64,000 nt of DNA from Chromatiales bacterium. GTDB lineage: Bacteria; Pseudomonadota; Gammaproteobacteria; Xanthomonadales; SZUA-36. Positions 28,378 to 38,353 of this stretch are shown here, one piece after another. The notes under the pieces are model-generated. The model was not told the origin of the DNA, ran no database searches, and saw only the letters and a program-made list of their open reading frames with translations. Location: positions 44,040 through 108,039 of the forward strand of contig JAHEFT010000001.1 in NCBI GenBank assembly GCA_024640025.1, written 5' to 3'. Both the position numbers and the translations under genes were made by a program. Position 1 is the first letter of the stretch. Each line of letters starts with the position of its first letter.

Positions 28378-30747
28378 TCAGGACGCCGCCCCGCCCAGGG
28401 TGACCTCAACGTCGTATTCCATCCCGGCGGTGAATTCACTGAAAACATTGCCCTCCAGCAGCACTCCATCGACCACGATAGTGGTGCCGGAACCTTCGGG
28501 TTTGCGGGAGTAATGAAGATTGAACCGGGCGCCCCTGAAGTCTCTCTGAACGGTTACTTCATTCCAATCGGAGGGGAGTTGAGGATCAATTTTCAGCCCC
28601 TGTCTGCAACCCCTGACGCCGAAAAGCTGTTCGATCATGATTCGGTATACCCACCCAACCGTGCCGGTATTGAATAACTGGCTGGAACGCCCGGCGGTAC
28701 GCGGAAACTGCCGGAGGGCGCCGCGGTAGTAGTTGGGAATGAATACCGGCAGCTGCCCCCGCTGGCGCAAATCCTTTAAGCCGGGACCGGGAATCATCCG
28801 CCTCAGTAAGCGAAACGCGCGATCAGATTGTCCCTGGTCGAAAAGTGCTGCGATATAAAATGCCGCGGCGTGATTGTAAACCGATCCGTTCTCGGCGCTT
28901 CCCGGATATTTCTGGGTCAAGCGGCCAACATCTTCGCGCAGCACCGTGTAAGCAGGCGCCAGGATTTCAACGCCGTAGGGACCTTCAAGTTGCTGTTCCA
29001 CGGCGCAGATCATTCGGTCCCGCTGCTCCCCGCTCGAGATGCCGGCCAGCATGGCCCAACTTTGCGGGTTCAGATAAATGCGGCCTTCCCTGTCGGAGGA
29101 CACACCGAAAACGGTGTTATCGTCTGTTATCCCCCGGGCGAACCAGTCTCCGCTCCAAAAATGTTGCTGGACCGATAGCGCCATCTCATCCGCACAGCTC
29201 TTCAATTCGACGGAGAGTTCTTCATGGCCGGTCTCGTCGCAAACGCTTGCCCAGCATTTCATCGCGTGGACCGTTGCAATGGAAAGCCAGGCGGATACTC
29301 CTTTGCCTTTGTGCCCCACCATGTTCATGGGGTCACACCAGTCTCCCTGGGCGATGAAATTCAAGCCTCTCTCGTCGCGCTCACGGATCAGGCAGCGCAC
29401 AGCCTGCGTGACGCGGTCGAACACAGAAAATGTGGAATCATCGTCCTGGCTGGTCACTGCTGCTTCCAGCAGCGCGTAATCACCCGTCTCGTCGAGATAA
29501 GCCTGCAAGCAGACGGGCAGCCAGACGCAATGGTCGCTGTGCGGCACCTGGTTGATGAATTTCAATTCTGCATTTTCGTTCAGCAGGACACCATCCGGCA
29601 TCGCCCCGCCGGCTTTTTGCTGTCCCAGGGCCAACAGAAAGGCACGACGGGATGCCGCGGGCTGGATGTATGCCATGCCCATTGCATCCTGAAGGTAGTT
29701 CCGGGTTTGCGGGTCGGTTGTCAGACGGTTGGTGTCGCCGTGATAGTAAACCTGGCGGGCCAGCCAGTGATTGACGAATTGGTCAAATCCCGGGTCGGGT
29801 GTTCTGATCGTCAGGCACCCCCGACCGGCGTTCATGTATGACTGGTAATCCGTTCTGGCTTTTTCAAAACCGCCCGGGCCAAGATAGGTCTTGCGCAGTG
29901 TCCCTATTTCGGCATCGCTGCGGGCAGGCCCGAAGATAAAACGAAATTCCTTGTCACAACCTGGATTCAGTTCAATCCGATACTGCAGCGCCGCCGCGGG
30001 CATTTCGTAAAGCGCATCACCGCCGCCAAGCAATTCCTGTTGAATACCGCTCGGATGATGCAGTCCGCCCTCGCCCTCAAAGACTTCCAGCGCTGTTTCC
30101 CAGGCCACCGGAAGGGTATCGTGCAGCAGGAAAGTCTTGTCCTTCAGGCTGCGGACCCTCTCCAGTTGTTCAACTTTCTGGTAAGGCGTCACGCAGCTTG
30201 CAACGATTCCGCCCAGGTCTTCACGGTACATTGCGGATTGGTTCATCCAGCTCATGTAGCCAACGGTGAAAAAAGGATAAATACTGAGCTTGCGGACCGT
30301 CGAACCGATGTTGCTTGCTTTCAGGGTCCAAAGCTCCACAGCCTCATCGGCCGGCAGAGCCAGAGCGAGTACAATTTCAAGCCCGTCCACTCGGATTGAC
30401 CACTGTATTCCGGTTGTGCCAACGGAGAATGTGAAAGCGTCCGCCTCTTTTCGAACCGGTTCGTACGGGATCGAAAAGCACGCTCCATCTTCCTCGTCCT
30501 TGAAATAAACAAACCGGCCCGGGTGGTGTGCGTAATACGGCTGTTCCGGCTGCATGAAGGAATGGGCTTCAAGGTTGGGGGCATAAGAGTACTTGCCGGG
30601 TTCCGGCTGCATGTGCTGCGCGGATACGTAACCCCGGCAATTCACCTGGATCATCATTTTCCGGTTCCAAAGGAAACCGGAAGCCCTCGGCATGGTGGTC
30701 GCGCTGCTCAGTTCGCAGCGTCCATCCTCGGGGCCATGTTCAAGCAT
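28378..30747 (-). CDS. GH94-family glycoside phosphorylase (cellobiose/chitobiose/cellobionate phosphorylase-like), cytoplasmic
   Basis: 789 aa with a catalytic-Asp region QGDWCDPMN and a phosphate-site region GSVYNHAAAFY. No signal peptide. The N-terminal region is divergent. Confidence 0.75.
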   Translation of the reverse strand: MLEHGPEDGRCELSSATTMPRASGFLWNRKMMIQVNCRGYVSAQHMQPEPGKYSYAPNLEAHSFMQPEQPYYAHHPGRFVYFKDEEDGACFSIPYEPVRKEADAFTFSVGTTGIQWSIRVDGLEIVLALALPADEAVELWTLKASNIGSTVRKLSIYPFFTVGYMSWMNQSAMYREDLGGIVASCVTPYQKVEQLERVRSLKDKTFLLHDTLPVAWETALEVFEGEGGLHHPSGIQQELLGGGDALYEMPAAALQYRIELNPGCDKEFRFIFGPARSDAEIGTLRKTYLGPGGFEKARTDYQSYMNAGRGCLTIRTPDPGFDQFVNHWLARQVYYHGDTNRLTTDPQTRNYLQDAMGMAYIQPAASRRAFLLALGQQKAGGAMPDGVLLNENAELKFINQVPHSDHCVWLPVCLQAYLDETGDYALLEAAVTSQDDDSTFSVFDRVTQAVRCLIRERDERGLNFIAQGDWCDPMNMVGHKGKGVSAWLSIATVHAMKCWASVCDETGHEELSVELKSCADEMALSVQQHFWSGDWFARGITDDNTVFGVSSDREGRIYLNPQSWAMLAGISSGEQRDRMICAVEQQLEGPYGVEILAPAYTVLREDVGRLTQKYPGSAENGSVYNHAAAFYIAALFDQGQSDRAFRLLRRMIPGPGLKDLRQRGQLPVFIPNYYRGALRQFPRTAGRSSQLFNTGTVGWVYRIMIEQLFGVRGCRQGLKIDPQLPSDWNEVTVQRDFRGARFNLHYSRKPEGSGTTIVVDGVLLEGNVFSEFTAGMEYDVEVTLGGAAS

Positions 30748-30753
30748 GTTGCT

Positions 30754-33045
30754 CTATTTGAGCGTAAACCGGGCGGACTGGGTAGCCGCCGAGCTACCAC
30801 CAACAAACAGCTCGAAATCCCCCGGTTCCGCTTCCCACTGACGCCGCGCACTGTAGAAAGCAAGATCAGCCGAAGTGAGTTCGAAATTCACAACACGGCT
30901 TTCCCCGGCGGCCAGGCTGATGCGCTCGAACCCTTTCAGCTCCCGGACCGGGCGGGTGTTGCTGCCCACCAGGTCGCGCACATAAAGTTGGACAATCTCC
31001 GTACCTGCGCGTTCGCCGGTATTACTGAGCGTGAACGTGACGGTCAACGTTCCGTCCATTGCAAGTTCGGTGGTGTTGAGGACAGGATCCGAGTAGCCAA
31101 ACGTGGTGTAGCTCAAACCATGTCCAAACGGATAAAGGGGGGTGTTCGGCGAGTCGGTGTAATGCGACCAGAAAACCATCCCTCCAGGAGAAGTCGGACG
31201 TCCCGTGTTTTTGTAGTTGTAGTAAAGCGGCTCCTGGCCAACATGCCGAGGAAACGAAACCGGGAGCTTACCGGACGGGTTGTAGTCGCCAAACAGGACG
31301 TCTGCGATTGCATGCCCCGACTGTGAACCGAGCTGCCAGGCTTCGACCACTGCAGCCGCGCTTTCGTCGGCCTGCGCTATGGTCATTGGGCGCCCGTTCA
31401 TCAATACAACGACCAGGTTCCGGTTCACTTTAAGAACCGCCTGCAACAGCTCTTCCTGCAAGCCTTTAAACCCAACATCAACCTGGCTTCTCGCTTCACC
31501 GGACTGATATGCGTCCTCACCGATGGCCAGGATAACCACGTCGGCCTTGCCGGCGGCCTGGACTGCGGCATCGAACCCGGAGCGATCACTGTCATTCAAT
31601 GTCAATTCTGTTGTGAAATTCCGTTCGCCTGTCGCCAGTGCGGCGCCTTGCGCGTACAGAACTTCCACGCCGGGCCCTACCGCGGCCTGTATTCCTTCGA
31701 GCAGGGATACGGCCGAATTGTCTTCTGCCTGGGCCCGCCAGCTACCCAGCGGGGAATCCTTGTCTGCTGCAAACGGGCCGATGACCGCAATGCTGCCGGT
31801 GTTCTTCTCAAGCGGCAGTGCGCCTTCGTTCTTCATCAGAACGATGGATTTTCGCGCAATATCCCGGGCTGCGGCCAGGTGTTCCTCGTTCAGCAGCGCT
31901 TGCTTTTCGCGCAGGACATCTGAATACAGATAGGGGTTATCCATTATTCCGAGCTGAAACTTGATGCGCAGCACCCTGCGGGTCGCGTCATCGATACGCT
32001 CCATGGGCACCCGGCCCTGCTCAACCAGTTTCGCCAGGTGGTGGCGATAGGCCGACGACTCCATGTCCATGTCATTGCCCGCCAGGAACGCCACCAACGC
32101 CGCCTCGTTTTCGTCCGCTGCAACGCCGTGCGGCACGAGTTCGCCAATGGACCCCCAGTCCGAAACGATAAACCCGTCAAAACCCCAGTGGTCCTTGAGA
32201 ATGACGGTCTGCAGCTCATGGCTGGCGGTTGCCGGCTCCCCGCCAATTTCATTGAAGGCGTTCATGAAGGTCGCAACACCTGCATCCGTGGCCGCCTTGA
32301 AAGGCGGCAGAACGATATTGTGCAGCGTGCTTTCGGAGAAGTCCGCTATATTGTAATCACGACCCGCTTCGGAAAAACCATACCCGGCAAAGTGCTTGGC
32401 GCAGGCGGCCAGTGAATCGACATCCGCCAGGCTGCCGCCCTGGAATCCGTGCACCCTGGCGACTGCGATTCTGGAACCCAGGTATGGGTCCTCACCTGCG
32501 CCCTCCATGATGCGGCCCCACCTCGAATCCCGTGAAACGTCCACCATTGGTGCAAAAGTCCAGTGGAGTCCCGCCGCCGCCGCTTCCGTGGCTGAGATAC
32601 GCGCAGATTTTTCGATCGCCTCGAGGTCCCAGCTTGCAGCTTCGGCCAGGGGTACCGGAAAAATGGTTTTGTAGCCGTGGATGACGTCATAGCCAAAAAT
32701 CAGCGGGATTCCCAGCCGGCTATTTTCTACCACCAGTTTTTGCGTCGCGAGCGTTGCCTCGGCGCCCAGAACATTGAGCATCGAGCCCACGCGCCCGTTG
32801 ACCACGTCTTCATAACGTGCCAATTCCCGGCCATCTTCCGGCTTTGGCCCGGTCAGATCATAACTGGAGCTGTACTGGTTGAGCTGCCCGATCTTTTCCT
32901 CCAGCGTCATCTTTGCCAGCAGATCATCGATGCGGTTCTCGATAGTGGGATTTGAAAGCGTTTCCGCCGCCGACGCGACGTTCAGAAACCAGGGAGAGCA
33001 GCACAGGAGCAATTTGGCAAGTCCGGAAAGCGGTGTTTTCAGCAC
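30754..33045 (-). CDS. GH3 beta-glucosidase (BglX-like), periplasmic
   Basis: Nucleophile motif GFIVSDW and overall GH3 three-domain length. A GTG at 33045 is preceded by AAGGAAG and followed by a signal peptide. The 33144 start in the ORF track adds 33 unlikely residues. Confidence 0.85.
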   Translation of the reverse strand: MLKTPLSGLAKLLLCCSPWFLNVASAAETLSNPTIENRIDDLLAKMTLEEKIGQLNQYSSSYDLTGPKPEDGRELARYEDVVNGRVGSMLNVLGAEATLATQKLVVENSRLGIPLIFGYDVIHGYKTIFPVPLAEAASWDLEAIEKSARISATEAAAAGLHWTFAPMVDVSRDSRWGRIMEGAGEDPYLGSRIAVARVHGFQGGSLADVDSLAACAKHFAGYGFSEAGRDYNIADFSESTLHNIVLPPFKAATDAGVATFMNAFNEIGGEPATASHELQTVILKDHWGFDGFIVSDWGSIGELVPHGVAADENEAALVAFLAGNDMDMESSAYRHHLAKLVEQGRVPMERIDDATRRVLRIKFQLGIMDNPYLYSDVLREKQALLNEEHLAAARDIARKSIVLMKNEGALPLEKNTGSIAVIGPFAADKDSPLGSWRAQAEDNSAVSLLEGIQAAVGPGVEVLYAQGAALATGERNFTTELTLNDSDRSGFDAAVQAAGKADVVILAIGEDAYQSGEARSQVDVGFKGLQEELLQAVLKVNRNLVVVLMNGRPMTIAQADESAAAVVEAWQLGSQSGHAIADVLFGDYNPSGKLPVSFPRHVGQEPLYYNYKNTGRPTSPGGMVFWSHYTDSPNTPLYPFGHGLSYTTFGYSDPVLNTTELAMDGTLTVTFTLSNTGERAGTEIVQLYVRDLVGSNTRPVRELKGFERISLAAGESRVVNFELTSADLAFYSARRQWEAEPGDFELFVGGSSAATQSARFTLK

Positions 33046-33107
33046 AGTGGGGCTTCCTTTATTGAGCACAAGGGAGGTTAGGGTACCATTCAGATGATGC
33101 TGGTTTG

Positions 33108-33122
33108 TTGACTTGAAATCAA
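33108..33122. promoter_or_regulatory. 15-bp near-palindrome in the GH3 / manD divergent region (candidate operator)
   Basis: TTGACTTGAAATCAA has 6 of 7 arm positions complementary. It is intergenic only if GH3 starts at 33045. Confidence 0.25.
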
Positions 33123-33247
33123 CCGGTCCGAAAACCGTGAACAAGGATTACTCGACGATGCGCTGCAATAACATTATTCTTGTCTGACTCGTTTATGGCC
33201 TTGATGCTGGCGTGGGTAGCACGTCCGCTCGCCGGAGCCTCTCAATA

Positions 33248-34456
33248 ATGAAAATTGTCAGTACACGTACCATCGTGACTTGTCCGGGCCGGAATTTTGT
33301 CACTGTCAAGCTGGAAACAGACGAAGGCGTCTGGGGCATCGGCGATGCAACCCTTAACGGCCGCGAACTTGCGGTGGCCACCATGCTTGATGAGCATGTT
33401 CTGCCCTGCCTGATTGGACGGGACCCGGGAAACATTGAGGATATCTGGCAGTACCTGTACCGCGGTGTCTACTGGCGGCGTGGCGCCGTCAATATGACGG
33501 CTATCGCTGCTGTCGATACGGCCCTGTGGGATATCAAGGCCAAGTGTGCCGGCATGCCATTGTACCAATTGCTGGGTGGCAAGAGCCGGGAGCGGGTCCT
33601 GGTTTATGGCCACGCCAACGGCAGGGATATCAGCGAGACCGTAGAGGAAGTCGCACGTTACCAGGACATGGGATACCAGGCGATCCGTGCGCAGACCGGT
33701 GTTCCTGGTCTCGAAAGCACTTACGGGGTTTCAAATAGCAGGACGTCCTATGAACCGGCGGACGCCGGGTTGCCCAGTGAGCACGTATGGAGCTCCGAAC
33801 GCTACCTGAACCACGTCCCCAGGCTGTTTGAACGGCTGAGGTCTGAATTCGGCGACGAGCTTCACCTGCTGCACGATGTACACCACCGCCTGTCACCCAT
33901 CGAAGCGGGACGCCTGGGCAAGGCGCTCGAACCTTTTCACCTGTTCTGGCTGGAAGATGCCGTGGCGGCTGAAAACCAGGCCGCATTCCGCCTGATTCGT
34001 GAACACACGACGACTCCGCTGGCTGTAGGAGAAGTCTTCAATTCGATATGGGATTGCAAAGAACTGATCGAACAGCAGCTCGTTGATTACATTCGAGCAT
34101 CGGTTGTTCATGCAGGTGGAATATCCCACTTGAAGAGGATTTTTGATTTCGCCAGTTTGTATCATGTTCGCTCCGGCAGTCATGGCGCGACGGACCTGTC
34201 GCCGGTGTGCATGGGGGCCGCGTTGCACCTCGATATCGCCATTCCGAATTTCGGTATCCAGGAGTACATGCCGCACAACGAGCAAACCGACGATGTTTTC
34301 CCCCATGCCTATTCCTTTGTAAACGGCCACCTGTTCCCCGGTGAGACCGCAGGCCATGGCGTGGACATCGACGAAAAACTGGCCGCGAAGTTTCCGTACA
34401 AGAGAGCTTATCTGCCAATTAGCCGATTGACCGACGGCACCCTGTGTAATTGGTAG
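33248..34456 (+). CDS. manD: Enolase-superfamily D-mannonate/D-gluconate dehydratase (ManD subgroup)
   Basis: 402 aa from the ATG at 33248. The N-terminus [40 protein letters not shown] is typical of the ManD/RspA subgroup. Confidence 0.8.
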   Translation: MKIVSTRTIVTCPGRNFVTVKLETDEGVWGIGDATLNGRELAVATMLDEHVLPCLIGRDPGNIEDIWQYLYRGVYWRRGAVNMTAIAAVDTALWDIKAKCAGMPLYQLLGGKSRERVLVYGHANGRDISETVEEVARYQDMGYQAIRAQTGVPGLESTYGVSNSRTSYEPADAGLPSEHVWSSERYLNHVPRLFERLRSEFGDELHLLHDVHHRLSPIEAGRLGKALEPFHLFWLEDAVAAENQAAFRLIREHTTTPLAVGEVFNSIWDCKELIEQQLVDYIRASVVHAGGISHLKRIFDFASLYHVRSGSHGATDLSPVCMGAALHLDIAIPNFGIQEYMPHNEQTDDVFPHAYSFVNGHLFPGETAGHGVDIDEKLAAKFPYKRAYLPISRLTDGTLCNW

Positions 34457-34461
34457 CACCC

Positions 34462-35643
34462 ATGAAGCTGGATAATTTTCTGCCGCAGGATGGATATGAC
34501 GGTATGTTGCTATGCCGCGTCTGGGTTCCTGCCGGAACCTGCGGGCCTATAGCAGGGCCCTCGCCAGCGGTGATCCGTGAGGACGGAATTTTTGATCTTG
34601 GCCAGGTTGAACCAACCATGGCCGCACTGCTGAAAAATTGCTCCGCCAGCCGGTTGCGAGCAGAAACCCATGGATGCCGCCTGGGCTCTGTCGAGGAAAT
34701 TGTCGAAAACAGCCTGGAATGCGAAAAGAGAGCCGGGCGGCCGCACCTGCTGACGCCGCTGGACCTGCAGGCGGTCAAGGCCTGCGGGGTAACGTTCGCC
34801 AGCAGCCTGATAGAAAGAGTCATCGAAGAACGGGCCGGTGGAGACCCGGCCAGGGCCGCGGAAATCCGAATGTTCCTGGCAGACGGAATCGGCAACCGGC
34901 TGACAAACATCGTGCCCGGTTCCGAAGCAGCGGAGCGGCTGAAAGCCCTGCTCATCGAGCAGGGCATGTGGTCGCAATACCTCGAAGTGGGAATTGGTCC
35001 TTACGCGGAGGTTTTTACAAAGTGCCCGGTGCTTTCCGCCGTGGGTTACGGCGATTTTGTTGGCATCAATTCCATCTCCAGGTGGAACAACCCGGAGCCG
35101 GAAGTCGTACTGGTCGTTAACCCCGAGGGCGAGATCGTTGGCGCGAGCCTGGGTAATGACGTCAATTTGAGGGATATCGAGGGCAGAAGCGCCCTTCTGC
35201 TGGGCAAGGCAAAAGACAATAACGCATCCTGTGCTGTGGGGCCGTTCATTCGTCTGTTGGACGACACGTTCACCTTACAGCACCTTCGTGAACAGAGGGT
35301 TGACCTTCGAATTACAGGGCAGGATGGTTTCGACCTTCAAGACAACAGCAGCATGAACCTTATCAGCCGGGATGTGTGCGACCTGGTTGCACAGACCATC
35401 AACGACAGTCACCAGTATCCCGATGGACTGGCCCTGTTCACCGGCACGCTGTTTGCGCCGTCAAAAGACAGGGACGCGCCCGGCATGGGATTTACTCATC
35501 ATATTGGAGACCGGGTCCGTATTCGCTCATCCCACCTGGGCTGCCTGGAAAATCATGTGACCCATAGCCACCTGGCGCCCCCATGGTCTTTCGGCTTGTC
35601 AGACCTGATGAACAACCTGCAGAGCCGGGGACTGCTCAAGTAA
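34462..35643 (+). CDS. Fumarylacetoacetate hydrolase (FAH) family protein, long XylX-like form (putative 2-keto-3-deoxy sugar-acid dehydratase)
   Basis: 393 aa. It starts 5 nt after the manD stop. The FAH-type C-terminal domain includes GNDVNLRDIEGRSALLLGKAKD. The substrate is inferred only. Confidence 0.65.
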   Translation: MKLDNFLPQDGYDGMLLCRVWVPAGTCGPIAGPSPAVIREDGIFDLGQVEPTMAALLKNCSASRLRAETHGCRLGSVEEIVENSLECEKRAGRPHLLTPLDLQAVKACGVTFASSLIERVIEERAGGDPARAAEIRMFLADGIGNRLTNIVPGSEAAERLKALLIEQGMWSQYLEVGIGPYAEVFTKCPVLSAVGYGDFVGINSISRWNNPEPEVVLVVNPEGEIVGASLGNDVNLRDIEGRSALLLGKAKDNNASCAVGPFIRLLDDTFTLQHLREQRVDLRITGQDGFDLQDNSSMNLISRDVCDLVAQTINDSHQYPDGLALFTGTLFAPSKDRDAPGMGFTHHIGDRVRIRSSHLGCLENHVTHSHLAPPWSFGLSDLMNNLQSRGLLK

Positions 35644-35663
35644 AAGCAGTCTCGCTCCTCTGA

Positions 35664-37079
35664 TCAGCCTTTCATATCTTCGAGCTCGATGCCTCGGGTT
35701 TCGTGCACCATCTTGTAAACGAATATCAGGGACAGAACCGCACAGAGCGAATAGAAGCCATAGGCCGTGGCCAGGCCCACACCGGCCAGCATGATCGGGA
35801 AGCTGAGCGTAATGGCAAAATTGCTGATCCATTGAGCGAAACCACTGACCGCCAGGCCCGATCCCCTGATCTGGTTCGGGTACATTTCGCCCAGCATGAC
35901 CCACATGACCGGACCCCAGCTGAAGTTAAAGAAGATCACGTATGCGTTGGCTGCAATCAAGGCGAGCAGCCCCATGTTGTCCGGCAACTGCAGGGTTCCT
36001 TCGGCATCCAGCACGCCCTGGGTAAAAGCAAACGCCACCAGGGCCAGCGTGACTGCCATGCCAGCCGAACCGATCATCAGGATCGGTTTACGACCGATCC
36101 GGTCAATCATCAAAATGGTGACAACACAGGCCGCGATACTCAGGCCACCGGAAAGTACGTTGATCGCCAGGGCATTGCTTTCTGAAAAACCTACCGCCTG
36201 CCACAATACGGCGCCATAATAAAAGACCACGTTGATTCCGACGAATTGCTGGAAGGATGCCAACCCGATGCCGACCCAGGTAATTTTCCGGATACGGCCG
36301 GTGGTCTTGTCTAACAGGTCACTCAGCCTGGGTTGGTGATGATCTGCCGCCAGGGACTGGTCAATCTCTTCCACTTTTGAGGTCGCGGCCGTACTGCCGT
36401 ACAGCCGGGTCAACACGGATTTCGCTTTTTCGATTTTTCCGCTGGCGACCAGGAAACGGGGACTTTCAGGAATGGCCAGCAAGCCAAAAAAGAACACGGC
36501 TGCCGGAATAATTTCAATCCAGAACATCCACCTCCAGGCCTGGAAACCGGCCCATAATATGGCGGTGGAAGCACCAGCAAATTCAGCCAGCAGATAGTTG
36601 CTGACAAAGGCCGCAAACAGGCCGCAAATAATCGCGATTTGTTGTATCGTCGCCAATCGTCCACGGATTCGCGCGGGTGCAATCTCACTGATATAGGCTG
36701 GCGACATGACACTCGCGGCACCTACCGCAAGACCACCCAGCACCCGGTAAATAACAAACTCGAACGAACTGGTCGCGACACCGGAACCCCAGGCGCTCAG
36801 CATGAAAAACAGCGCCGCCACGATCAACAGGGACCGGCGGCCGTATTTGTCCGCCAAACGGCCTGCAAAAAATGCGCCTACCGCACAACCCAGCAGCATG
36901 CTCGCAACATTGAACCCCGTGCCGGCGCTGTCGCTGTTGAAAGCGCCTCGCAGGCCGTCAACCGTGCCGTTGATGACACCACTGTCGAAACCAAACAGAA
37001 AACCGCCCAGGGTGGCCACAATGCTCAGCATTAAAATCAGGGCGAAATTTTCACCTTCGTTTTTTTGTACATCAATCAT
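35664..37079 (-). CDS. MFS sugar porter (xylose/galactose/arabinose:H+ symporter-like)
   Basis: 471 aa, 12-TM layout, with sugar-porter motifs GRLADKYGRR and PESPRFL. Confidence 0.88.
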   Translation of the reverse strand: MIDVQKNEGENFALILMLSIVATLGGFLFGFDSGVINGTVDGLRGAFNSDSAGTGFNVASMLLGCAVGAFFAGRLADKYGRRSLLIVAALFFMLSAWGSGVATSSFEFVIYRVLGGLAVGAASVMSPAYISEIAPARIRGRLATIQQIAIICGLFAAFVSNYLLAEFAGASTAILWAGFQAWRWMFWIEIIPAAVFFFGLLAIPESPRFLVASGKIEKAKSVLTRLYGSTAATSKVEEIDQSLAADHHQPRLSDLLDKTTGRIRKITWVGIGLASFQQFVGINVVFYYGAVLWQAVGFSESNALAINVLSGGLSIAACVVTILMIDRIGRKPILMIGSAGMAVTLALVAFAFTQGVLDAEGTLQLPDNMGLLALIAANAYVIFFNFSWGPVMWVMLGEMYPNQIRGSGLAVSGFAQWISNFAITLSFPIMLAGVGLATAYGFYSLCAVLSLIFVYKMVHETRGIELEDMKG

Positions 37080-37092
37080 TATTTAAATGCTC

Positions 37093-37131
37093 CAAATAAA
37101 AGGCTTTGCTAACGACGCCGTTTGGCAAGGC
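37093..37131 (-). terminator. Possible intrinsic terminator between lacI-family gene and sugar porter
   Basis: An imperfect ~12-bp hairpin (ggctttgctaac / gtttggcaaggc) is followed on the minus strand by CTTTTATTT. Confidence 0.35.
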
Positions 37132-37144
37132 GCGACTCAAATTT

Positions 37145-38158
37145 TTAATTCAAACGCCTGGTGCTCTCTCGCACGAGGAGCTTATGCGGCAAGATATGCC
37201 GGTTTTTTTCCGGCTTCTTGCCATCGATCAGGTCCAGCAAAAGGGTCGCGCACATTGCGCCAATTTCTTCGGTAGGTTGAGCGATCGTGGTCAGCGGCGG
37301 TGCAAAATACCTGGCGAACGCGATATTGTCGAAACCGATTACCGAGATGTCGTCAGGAACTGAAAAGCCACTCTGACGCAGGGTGTACATGCACCCGAGC
37401 GCAATCTCGTCACTGAAGCAGAAAATGGCTGTGGGCCGGTTTTTTTGCAGCAAAATTTGCCGGGTCGCCGTTTCTCCGCCCTCGAGTGAATAGGAGCTGT
37501 AGTTGATCAGGCGTTCGGGCGCCTTCAGTCCGGCTCTTGCCATGGCTCCCTTGAAACCCGCCAGGCGGTTGCGACAGCTGGTGCTGTTGATGTCGCCCGT
37601 GATGACGGCAATATCCTTGTGCCCGTAATCAATAAGGTGTGAAGTCGCGTCCATGGCCGCCTGGACATCGTCGATGGCTACCAATGGAAATTCTTCATGC
37701 CCTGTAAATTCAGATCCATTGACCAACGGGGGAAGATCCTCAATTTTCAGCAGGTTTTTACCCAGTGCGAAAGGAAGACGATGAGACATCAGGATAATGC
37801 CGTCCGCCTGCCGGGAGGAAACCATGTTCGCAAACTCGCGTTCGCGCTGCTCGGAACCCTGGGTGTCACCCAAAAGCACCGAGTAACCGCGCGAATGAGC
37901 GATTTTTTCGATCCCCTTGATCACTCCGGAGTTATGGCTATCCGCCACATCAGGGATGATGGCTACGATGTTTCCGGACTTGGCCGTGCGTAAATTGACC
38001 GCCAGGTTGTTGGGTGTATAGCCGAGAGCCTTAGCGGCCTCCAGCACTTTCTTTCGCGTGGCGTCAGATACCCGGCCCGGATTCCTGAATGCATGGGAGA
38101 CTGTTGCTATGGAAACTTCCGCCCGGGCTGCAATTTCTTTGATACCGACCTTTAACAT
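37145..38158 (-). CDS. LacI-family transcriptional regulator
   Basis: HTH IKEIAARAEVSIATVSHAFRN lies at the N-terminus when translation starts at the ATG at 38158. A periplasmic-binding-fold effector domain follows. Length 338 aa. Confidence 0.9.
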   Translation of the reverse strand: MLKVGIKEIAARAEVSIATVSHAFRNPGRVSDATRKKVLEAAKALGYTPNNLAVNLRTAKSGNIVAIIPDVADSHNSGVIKGIEKIAHSRGYSVLLGDTQGSEQREREFANMVSSRQADGIILMSHRLPFALGKNLLKIEDLPPLVNGSEFTGHEEFPLVAIDDVQAAMDATSHLIDYGHKDIAVITGDINSTSCRNRLAGFKGAMARAGLKAPERLINYSSYSLEGGETATRQILLQKNRPTAIFCFSDEIALGCMYTLRQSGFSVPDDISVIGFDNIAFARYFAPPLTTIAQPTEEIGAMCATLLLDLIDGKKPEKNRHILPHKLLVRESTRRLN

Positions 38159-38294
38159 AACACCACTTTTGTTTGTGAATTGCAGTAACGCCCTGTCCGA
38201 CAATTTACGGGCGGTTTCGCCCTCTCGACCCGCGAGCAGCCAGGCTGATCGTTTTGACCAACGAATGTTCATTCTAGGTTGTACGACAGGTGTT

Positions 38295-38309
38295 TGTAAA
38301 ACGTTTATA
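38295..38309. promoter_or_regulatory. CG-centred AAACGTTT core palindrome upstream of the LacI-family gene (candidate operator)
   Basis: TGTAAAACGTTTATA has a perfect 8-bp core at 38299..38306 and resembles LacI/PurR/Cra-type half-sites. Confidence 0.3.
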
Positions 38310-38353
38310 TTCGCACCCGGGCGGGCTTTTCCCGACGACAGTGGCAAGCCGGT

